Source: an uncultured virus (IMG/VR IMGVR_UViG_3300032116_000129)
Taxonomy: Duplodnaviria; Heunggongvirae; Uroviricota; Caudoviricetes
DNA: 64,000 bases
IMG/VR virus record: IMGVR_UViG_3300032116_000129
Reading direction: 5' to 3' (one strand)
A model generated the notes under the pieces. That model was not told the origin of the DNA. It did not search any database and saw only the letters and a program-made list of their open reading frames with translations. The translations under genes and the position numbers were made by a program. Position 1 is the stretch's first letter. Every line of letters starts with the position of its first letter. Below, piece by piece: positions 55,159 through 62,423 of the stretch.

Positions 55159-56739
55159 TTATAATAACCAAGTTAAATCTTCATCTTGGTTGTTAGCAGT
55201 AGGCATTGTCCAGCCAGTTCCTTTAAGATTGCCTGAGTTAGAATTATACATTAAAGTTTGATTGCCTAAATAATCTAAAGTTTTACGATTTAAATCTAAT
55301 CCTTGCTGACGAAGCTTTAATGCTGTGTCTCGTATCCATAAACCTGTGCAAAACGACATTACTAAATCGTCATTATATCCATGTTGTGCTTCAGCTCTAG
55401 ATCCATTCCAAATAAACACAAACAATTCATCCATTAATCGACGACTGCGAATAACTGGCACTCGCTCTCTCATGTAAGTGTCTAATTTAGATATAACAAG
55501 AGGTCGTGTACGAGACGACATTGTAAATCCAGGAGTCATTTGTGAAGTGTCTTTTAAATCTACATATCTTGCTAATTGTTGAGATACATCAGACACCCCT
55601 CCATCTTTAGGAGAATAGTATAAATTTCTGTAATTTCTATCAATAGCTACTTGAATAGTAGCCCAGCCTATATTAGCATTTTCAATTACTAGTAATGCGT
55701 CATTATATTCAGTAGCTACGTTTACTAAAAGATTTCCGTAATCCTTAGTATTTATTTGACCTTTATATTCTGCAACTTGAGTAACAGTTTCTACATCAAT
55801 AACGTGAAATGCTGAATGGTCAGCACCATCACCTCGAGCAACGTCGGCTACTATTATATAATCTTTTTGATAGTCTGCAGGTTCCCAAATCCATAAATTA
55901 CTATCAATACCTCGTTTCTCTATAGGATCTTGCACTGTTGTTTGATTAAACCATTGCAATAAAGCTCCGTCAACAACGGTATGACCTGAAGATATAAAAT
56001 CACAATCACACTCTTGAGCAGCTCCTTTAGGACCTAACAATTCATCTTGTTTATCTCTCCAAGATTGATTTCTATCAGGATGCACTGACCAATGCAATCG
56101 AATAGTGTTAAATCGATTAGTACCTGACTCAGCCCCTACCCATGTTTTATGAAAAAAGTTACCAGTACCGTTGGGGGTTGATAATATAATAGCACCTCCT
56201 CCAGTTGCTAGAGTTTGTTGTGCTGATATCCAAATTTCTTCTACATTAGAAATAAATGCGGCCTCGTCTATGATTAATAGTGATAACGCTTCGGAACGAC
56301 CTGAGTCGCCTGACGAAGAAGTTGCTTTAATTTGAGATCCGTTATTTAAACGAAGCGATAATTTATTATCTTCAACTGCCGGCAACTTTAACCAAGAAGG
56401 TAAATTTTCATACATCACTTTTACCTTTAACACTAAATTCTTAGCTACTTCTTGTTTAGTTGCAATAACTAATATATTTTTATCCCCAAAAAATGTCATA
56501 AGCCATAGTGCATAGCCTGCACTTAGAGTACTGATGCCTAATTGTCGTGACTTGAGAATGATGTTATAATCGTGATCTCGAAGGTCTCTGAGGGCCGACT
56601 CCTGAAACGGGTAAAGATGAAATGGTATTTTACCTTTTTGTGGGTGTTGTATTTGACAATACTTTTTCATAAAGTGCACAGGATCCTGTAAACACTTTTT
56701 GTATTCTTCACGAATAATATCTTTTAATGACTGTGACAT
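55159..56739 (-). CDS. Terminase large subunit (T4 gp17-like)
   Basis: LYPFQ, KSRQLGIST (Walker A), LIIDEAAF (Walker B), STPNG, QECDCDF, ADVARGDGADHS, HGYNDDLVM. Confidence 0.95.
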   Translation of the reverse strand: MSQSLKDIIREEYKKCLQDPVHFMKKYCQIQHPQKGKIPFHLYPFQESALRDLRDHDYNIILKSRQLGISTLSAGYALWLMTFFGDKNILVIATKQEVAKNLVLKVKVMYENLPSWLKLPAVEDNKLSLRLNNGSQIKATSSSGDSGRSEALSLLIIDEAAFISNVEEIWISAQQTLATGGGAIILSTPNGTGNFFHKTWVGAESGTNRFNTIRLHWSVHPDRNQSWRDKQDELLGPKGAAQECDCDFISSGHTVVDGALLQWFNQTTVQDPIEKRGIDSNLWIWEPADYQKDYIIVADVARGDGADHSAFHVIDVETVTQVAEYKGQINTKDYGNLLVNVATEYNDALLVIENANIGWATIQVAIDRNYRNLYYSPKDGGVSDVSQQLARYVDLKDTSQMTPGFTMSSRTRPLVISKLDTYMRERVPVIRSRRLMDELFVFIWNGSRAEAQHGYNDDLVMSFCTGLWIRDTALKLRQQGLDLNRKTLDYLGNQTLMYNSNSGNLKGTGWTMPTANNQDEDLTWLL

Positions 56740-56742
56740 AAC

Positions 56743-57051
56743 TTAACTAATTTGTGCTTTTGGGGACGGCTTTGATGTTACCGTATTAACTTTACCTACT
56801 CCTGATGTTTTAGCTACAACTGATACATTACCAGCTAATCCTGTAACATTTTGTCCAATAGCATTTGTACCAGTTGATTCTTGACCAGGTGGTATAATAA
56901 TTGTTGCTGATTTTATATAAGCGTCAATAGCTTCTGTTAAATCTCGAGACAACTCTTCAATTGATTGCTCAGGAGTATTATTTTTAGCGGTAAATAACTT
57001 TTTAAATGCAGATTTTATCTGCGATTCCAAAACTGCTTTTATTAACGCCAT
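56743..57051 (-). CDS. Hypothetical protein
   Basis: 102-aa ORF with tight intergenic spacing. Confidence 0.6.
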   Translation of the reverse strand: MALIKAVLESQIKSAFKKLFTAKNNTPEQSIEELSRDLTEAIDAYIKSATIIIPPGQESTGTNAIGQNVTGLAGNVSVVAKTSGVGKVNTVTSKPSPKAQIS

Positions 57052-57055
57052 ACAT

Positions 57056-57559
57056 TTATTTTTTATCTTTTATCGGACCGCCAGTTACCCAAGCGTCGCA
57101 AGTACGAGATCCAGCACACTTAAATTTAAGAAATGTGCAATATCCTAACTTTCCGGCTTCTATAGTATCCCAAGCGTCTTTTTCTGCTCCTTCAGTATCG
57201 TCTAATTCTGGTTCAGTTACTGGAGCGTCTTGCTCTTGCATTTCAGGTTCGGTGACTGGCACTTCTTCTTCGCCAGACGTAATACCTTTTTCAATACAAC
57301 TAAGCATTCTAGAAGTAATGTTAAACGCTGCACAATTATTACAACGAGACGACTTAGCTTCTTCCATAGAATCTAGTTGCCACTCTTCTGCTTTCTTTTT
57401 CCAAAATTTAATGTTTGGATTGTTTGGGTTTAAAGGGCCATAGCCGTATTCATCAATAGCTTTTTGACGATGTTCAAGATTAACAGAAATGTCCTGCGTT
57501 GCCACAGGACACTTCATTTCTTCTTCAGCTTCTTTTAATAAATTAGCTAATTTAATCAT
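57056..57559 (-). CDS. Cys-rich HiPIP-like protein with MIKLANLLKEA leader
   Basis: RCNNCAAF...GYCTFLKFKCAGSRTCDAW. Confidence 0.65.
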   Translation of the reverse strand: MIKLANLLKEAEEEMKCPVATQDISVNLEHRQKAIDEYGYGPLNPNNPNIKFWKKKAEEWQLDSMEEAKSSRCNNCAAFNITSRMLSCIEKGITSGEEEVPVTEPEMQEQDAPVTEPELDDTEGAEKDAWDTIEAGKLGYCTFLKFKCAGSRTCDAWVTGGPIKDKK

Positions 57560-57560
57560 A

Positions 57561-58499
57561 TTACTTAACTTTGATTATTGATTCTTTTAACATAGAGTCC
57601 ATACGTTTATTTACTGACTCTTGTTTAAATGGAGGCATATAATTAAGCTCACCCGTCTTAGCAATATTTTGCCAATTTTTAGCGTCATCTGTCTGAGGCA
57701 TTACGTCTCTTTTAGGAGCTCCGTCAACTGGCGTTGAAGTTTTTTGCATTTGTTGTACATTAGCCCAAATGTAATTAGCTGCTTGCTCTAAATTAGTTCC
57801 ACTTAAATTATCAGCGTCTTTGTTACTGTTAACTTTAACGACACCAGCTTTAACAAAAACTTTCATTACGTCTTTAGTAATAGTTTTTCTTACGTACTCT
57901 TTTAAATCAGCCTCAGAGATAGTAATTAAGTTTTTAGATCCTTTTGCAGTAGCCGTTGGCACTTTACCAATATCAGCAGCTATAGCTAATTGCGTTACCT
58001 TTAAAAAATCAACAGGTTTAGACACGGCTTTTGAATCCATATCAGTTACTGCAATAGAAGCTTCTTTATTCATTGCATATAACTGAGACCATCTATGATG
58101 ACCGTCGATAACGTATTGACCTTTAGCAGTTACTATACGTTTACCCGCAATTGCAACGGTTCCTCCTTTTAAGCATTGCATTGCAGATTTTGGGTTTGTT
58201 AATGGAAAACTTAACGATTTATCTAAGGCAATTTCATTTTGAGTAGGCCTTAAATCTTGCACAGCAATAGCAGTATCTTTTAACGAGATAATTTCATCGG
58301 CAGGCTGACCATCTTCTTTACCTTTATTTAATAAAGCCTGAATTTTTGTATCTTGTGCATTAGAGCCTAATTGAGCTACAAATTTTTCATACGAACCTGC
58401 AGTTACGGTAGCCTTTAAATCTTCAGCTTCGTCTTCTTTAAGAAGTCCAGCTAATTTTTGCAATCTAGCAGCTTCAACAATTAAATTATTTTTTTTCAT
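57561..58499 (-). CDS. ParB/sulfiredoxin-like domain protein with RLQKLAGLLKED leader
   Basis: LRPTQNEI...IVTAKGQYVIDGHHRW. Confidence 0.72.
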   Translation of the reverse strand: MKKNNLIVEAARLQKLAGLLKEDEAEDLKATVTAGSYEKFVAQLGSNAQDTKIQALLNKGKEDGQPADEIISLKDTAIAVQDLRPTQNEIALDKSLSFPLTNPKSAMQCLKGGTVAIAGKRIVTAKGQYVIDGHHRWSQLYAMNKEASIAVTDMDSKAVSKPVDFLKVTQLAIAADIGKVPTATAKGSKNLITISEADLKEYVRKTITKDVMKVFVKAGVVKVNSNKDADNLSGTNLEQAANYIWANVQQMQKTSTPVDGAPKRDVMPQTDDAKNWQNIAKTGELNYMPPFKQESVNKRMDSMLKESIIKVK

Positions 58500-58517
58500 T
58501 ATATTACGTTTAAATAG

Positions 58518-58784
58518 TTACCATGCTCTACAACTCCAATAACGTGCTTTCCATCTTGGGCCTGGGTTGTCACAATTATGACGAGCTCGAAAAGATTTTC
58601 TTCTTTCAGGATTGTTCTTTTTAATTTTCATTCCTGGTTCTCCAAATCCTACTTTAACTACATTGCCTTTGTCATTGGTAACGTAAACAGCACGCTTTCT
58701 AGGACCTCCAGGAGTATAAAAAGGCTTACCTAATTTTACTTTACGGCCTCTGTATTCAGCTTCTTTTATTTTTTCCTCTGAAAC
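58518..58784 (-). CDS. Start-less frame encoding an 88-aa basic domain, in the -1 frame of 58766..59173
   Basis: VSEEKIKEAEYRGRKVKLGKPFYTPGGPRKRAVYVTNDKGNVVKVGFGEPGMKIKKNNPERRKSFRARHNCDNPGPRWKARYWSCRAW*; entry at the A9G run 58784-58793; missed by the ORF track. Confidence 0.75.
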   Translation of the reverse strand, partial: VSEEKIKEAEYRGRKVKLGKPFYTPGGPRKRAVYVTNDKGNVVKVGFGEPGMKIKKNNPERRKSFRARHNCDNPGPRWKARYWSCRAW

Positions 58785-59173
58785 TTTTTTTTTGATTCCA
58801 TGTAAAGTTCGGTAGGCGACTCTTTAGGCATTTTTTGCTTTTTATCGTAGTCACCCATTTTAATTCCTTTTTGTTGAGACTTTTCTCCAAATGCCATAGT
58901 CTCTAAATCTTTTTCCTCTGGCATTTCGGCTACTTCCTCATTCTCAAACCAACCAGCTCTCATAGCAGCTTTATTCATAGCCTGAGCTACGTCATCTTGA
59001 TCTTCATCAGGAAACTTTTCAAAAGCTAGCTCGTAGAAGTCGTCCCATTCATCTTCATCAACGAGTTTTTCTAGCTTCTTTTTGTTTTTATCAAAGAAGT
59101 CTGATATAGCATCATGAAGAGAAAGAACCTTTGGCTCTTCTGCTTCTTTTAATAAATCTTTTAATTTAATCAT
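58766..59173 (-). CDS. Acidic protein with MIKLKDLLKEA leader; frameshift donor
   Basis: Ends ...ATG GAA TCA AAA AAA AAG TTT CAG AGG AAA AAA TAA. Confidence 0.72.
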   Translation of the reverse strand: MIKLKDLLKEAEEPKVLSLHDAISDFFDKNKKKLEKLVDEDEWDDFYELAFEKFPDEDQDDVAQAMNKAAMRAGWFENEEVAEMPEEKDLETMAFGEKSQQKGIKMGDYDKKQKMPKESPTELYMESKKKFQRKK

Positions 59174-59526
59174 TTCTTTAACTTTTTTAAAGTTTCAGTA
59201 ACTACTCTACGAACTTGTTTACGTACAATATACTCTTGAATTTTATGATCTAATAAATCATAAATGTCTTCATCTGGCTCAGTAGCTAATAAACGATGAA
59301 AGTTAGCATCTGCTGCTGCTAACACTTGCTCAGCAGCTTTTAACTCTCGGTTAAGTTTAATTAACTTTGGCTTAATTCTTTCTTTTCTAGTAGGATCTGT
59401 TTCAGATAAAAAAGCTTTTTTCATTACCATGATTTGCTTTTCCAATTCCTGTTTAGTTAACATAGCATTTTGTAATGCGTCTGTTGCCTTTTTAAGTTGT
59501 CTAGATACGTTAACGTTTGGTTCCAT
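59170..59526 (-). CDS. Coiled-coil protein with a C-terminal IQE-YIVRKQVRRVVTE motif
   Basis: Coupled to both neighbours by overlapping stop/start codons. Confidence 0.65.
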   Translation of the reverse strand: MEPNVNVSRQLKKATDALQNAMLTKQELEKQIMVMKKAFLSETDPTRKERIKPKLIKLNRELKAAEQVLAAADANFHRLLATEPDEDIYDLLDHKIQEYIVRKQVRRVVTETLKKLKK

Positions 59527-59855
59527 TATTTAGATAATTTAGGTTCTGTTCTAATTTTTACAATTGCACTTTTATCATGCTTTTTAGCATAGTCAGATAC
59601 TTTTTTAGATATACCAGTAGCTGAAGGTCCGTTTAAATCGATAATTAATGTATTATCTTTTACTGCTGGTTTAAATACAATCTTTAAACTAGCGTATTTA
59701 GATTTAAAGTCAGGGGCTTTCATCATGTTATTGATTTCCTGCTCTATAGCGTCTTTTTTAGGAGATGTAATAATAACTCGTCTCCAAGCTCCTACATCTT
59801 CTTTAATTACTTTCGCTATCTCCTGGCGAATCAGCGATCTCAACTCTGTTATCAT
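59526..59855 (-). CDS. Small protein with LRSLIRQEIAKVIKED leader
   Basis: Shared leader class. Confidence 0.68.
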   Translation of the reverse strand: MITELRSLIRQEIAKVIKEDVGAWRRVIITSPKKDAIEQEINNMMKAPDFKSKYASLKIVFKPAVKDNTLIIDLNGPSATGISKKVSDYAKKHDKSAIVKIRTEPKLSK

Positions 59856-60435
59856 CTTTTAATTTATTTATAAAGTTCTCTTTAAACGTAGCAAACTCTT
59901 TTTCAATTTTATCAGCTAATTCATCAGCGTCAATACCTCCGGCCCATTCTTCAACAGTGCCATCTGAATTAGCAAATGCTAATTTGCTTCGTATAGCTTC
60001 TACAATTTCTTTTGCTTCTTGCTCAGCGTCTTTTAGCCAAGCTTCGGCATTTCGCAATTGTATATTTTTAACAAACTCATCATACGTTCCGTTAAGCGTC
60101 ATTTCGTGTTCAGCTGCAACTTGACAGTCTAAACAGTGCTTGTACAGCTTCCACATTTTTTCATGCGCCTTTCCTTTCATTTCTCTACTACACTTTGGGC
60201 ATACAGCAGGCATTTTCAACGATTGTAAATAATTGCGAAGTGCATTTAATTTACCTTTATTGATTTTATACCCTTCTTTCTGTTCCCATTCTACTCCATT
60301 TTCGTCTTTCCAAACGTCGCCAACATTACGTTTAATGTTTTGTTTTTCGTAACCAAAAGTTTTTTTACTTTGCGATTTATGAGTGCCGTCAAGCATCTTT
60401 CGTATCGCTTCTATATTTCGTAACTTATTTGCCAT
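59803..60435 (-). CDS. Zinc-finger-containing hypothetical protein (start revised to ATG 60435)
   Basis: GDVW...WEQKEGY, CPKC...HCLDC; variant promoter ATAATTATT at 60439-60447. Confidence 0.7.
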   Translation of the reverse strand: MANKLRNIEAIRKMLDGTHKSQSKKTFGYEKQNIKRNVGDVWKDENGVEWEQKEGYKINKGKLNALRNYLQSLKMPAVCPKCSREMKGKAHEKMWKLYKHCLDCQVAAEHEMTLNGTYDEFVKNIQLRNAEAWLKDAEQEAKEIVEAIRSKLAFANSDGTVEEWAGGIDADELADKIEKEFATFKENFINKLKDDNRVEIADSPGDSESN

Positions 60436-60448
60436 ATTAATAATTATC

Positions 60449-62386
60449 TTACTTTCTAAAACTAGTTGCCAAACCACCTAAAATAAACTTACCTGTTATT
60501 TTAAACGGTTTACTGTATATAGATTTATCTCGTATAACAATACCTTCATGCTCTGTAACTGGACCTAACGGAGAAGTTAATTTTTCTAACACTGCATCCC
60601 CTAACTTCATAGTAGCCATGTAAATAGTAAATCCATCAATCGCTAACTGATAATCTTTAGGATCTGCTACCCATTCTGATAAAGGAACTCCGTCAGCTAT
60701 TTTAATTAACACTTCTTTAGAAAGTGCACCAATGTCTTTACCTTCTTTAGTTTTAATTCTAGAGTCTTTAGGATTAGTTGCCTTTGACAATAGAGTCTTA
60801 AGAGACTTAGTTACTTTTTTGTCAGGAGTTAAATTAATTGTATACGTTTTACTTAACGCTGCATCTAAATTAGGAGTACCTTCTAGTTTAGTAGGAACTG
60901 ACCCTAACACTTCGTATCCTTGTTTACTAGCAACAGGAGTTAAGTTAATAATTAACTGCTTCATTACAGCTTTATTATAACTTTTTTCTGAAGTAGCTCT
61001 TTTAGTTGGAGTTACCTGCTTAATTTCTAATAAACCGTGAATAGCTAAAAAGTTCTTACCATAATTTAATACGTTAGTTGATCCTGCAACGTATTCAATA
61101 TTAAACATAATATTTGGATTGTCCCAAAGACCTAATTTCTTTAAGTCTGAAGTAATAGCTGGTATAGCTTCGTTAAATATGTCTAACACTTTGCCACCTA
61201 CTATAATCATTCCATGGCCAGCTCCAAATCGATCTTCTAGTTCTGCTTTGGTAATACCTTTTACATCCAATGGTTTATTGGATCCTCTATCCATTACAAA
61301 CGTCTTTCGACCGTCAATTTCTACTAACCGTATAGAAGCGTTTACGCCGTCTATTTTAACCGATGCTGCTGTCTTGGATAAGTAATCCACTGATTTGTTA
61401 AAGACGGAAATTAAGTCGGTTCCGCTAGTAACTGTAGGTATATCAAAGGGGTGCGCCATATGTCCTCCAGCTCCTCCCTCTTTTAGCAACTGCTCATACA
61501 TTGGTACTCCGTATACCGTTTTAGGAAATTGATTAAAATTATAAGCAAACTCTTTTCCTATTTGCTTACGAAGAAATGCTTTTAACTTTTCTATTTTAGC
61601 GTTATGTGCTTGAGCTTGCTCTGGAGTTGGATACCCTTCAGATACAGACTCTGGTACGCAATTAGGCACTTGCTTCTTTCCTTTCTTTTTCATTCCTACT
61701 TGTTTATAGCCGTCCCAGCAAGGGTCGCTATCTTCGTCTAGGTTTAACGACTCAGACCACCAGTCTTTAGTAAAAAGATTCATTTCAGATTTTATTTTTA
61801 GTTTGTCAAATACCAGTTTAGCAATTTCAGGATTCCATGTCCCAAAAACTCCTTTAAAAACTTTTTGCTGATTTTCAGAAGATAAGTCGCTGCTTAACAA
61901 TTTACGTAAACTTGTTCCTGACATTTCACCATACCCAGGAACGTTTAACGACACATGAGGCGCTACAAACAAGTATCCATGTTTATCGTATCCTTGTAAA
62001 TTGTTTTTATTAGCTTCGTATGGTTTGTAAAACGATTCAGATCCGTCCTTTTTAGGTTTCATAGCAAACCGAGGATCTTCTCTCATATCTTTTTCTCCTA
62101 CCATAAAAACAACAGCTGTTGTGTTAGGATCAAATTGTTGCAATATTTCTGTTGCAACGTAAGGTTGTTTAGTTAGCACAACGTCGTCTTGCAATCCATA
62201 TAACGATAAAATTTGCTTTTTATCTTTAAATGTAAACGGAGATTTAGGAAATTCTACTTTGTCACTAGTTGCTATATATGTATTAGCCTGTCCGAATTTT
62301 TTCTGAAGAGCTCGGTAAGCAGTTTCGTGGTGCTTACCAAACGGTTGAAAACGTCCAGGATAAATTGCAATTACTTTTGATATCAT
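60449..62386 (-). CDS. Multidomain protein: HIGH-superfamily nucleotidyltransferase + short CWxGY..PNCVP module + ATP-dependent ligase-like (covalent nucleotidyltransferase) domain
   Basis: N-term IYPGRFQPFGKHH, FMVGEKD, MSGTSLR; linker with LDED, VSEG, LLKEG; C-term SVKIDG, FNIEY, HEGIVIR, PFKITG. Confidence 0.7.
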   Translation of the reverse strand: MISKVIAIYPGRFQPFGKHHETAYRALQKKFGQANTYIATSDKVEFPKSPFTFKDKKQILSLYGLQDDVVLTKQPYVATEILQQFDPNTTAVVFMVGEKDMREDPRFAMKPKKDGSESFYKPYEANKNNLQGYDKHGYLFVAPHVSLNVPGYGEMSGTSLRKLLSSDLSSENQQKVFKGVFGTWNPEIAKLVFDKLKIKSEMNLFTKDWWSESLNLDEDSDPCWDGYKQVGMKKKGKKQVPNCVPESVSEGYPTPEQAQAHNAKIEKLKAFLRKQIGKEFAYNFNQFPKTVYGVPMYEQLLKEGGAGGHMAHPFDIPTVTSGTDLISVFNKSVDYLSKTAASVKIDGVNASIRLVEIDGRKTFVMDRGSNKPLDVKGITKAELEDRFGAGHGMIIVGGKVLDIFNEAIPAITSDLKKLGLWDNPNIMFNIEYVAGSTNVLNYGKNFLAIHGLLEIKQVTPTKRATSEKSYNKAVMKQLIINLTPVASKQGYEVLGSVPTKLEGTPNLDAALSKTYTINLTPDKKVTKSLKTLLSKATNPKDSRIKTKEGKDIGALSKEVLIKIADGVPLSEWVADPKDYQLAIDGFTIYMATMKLGDAVLEKLTSPLGPVTEHEGIVIRDKSIYSKPFKITGKFILGGLATSFRK

Positions 62387-62399
62387 GTATTTGATTTAT

Positions 62400-62408
62400 T
62401 ATAAATAT
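62400..62408 (-). promoter_or_regulatory. Putative late promoter ATATTTATA
   Basis: About 13 nt upstream of ATG 62386. Confidence 0.6.
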
Positions 62409-62423
62409 TAATTAAGTAATATA

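Noticed and set aside
59803..59855. 53-nt overlap between the Zn-finger gene and the next gene as a recoding site
   Set aside because: The downstream gene has its own ATG and leader, and no slippery sequence is needed to explain it.
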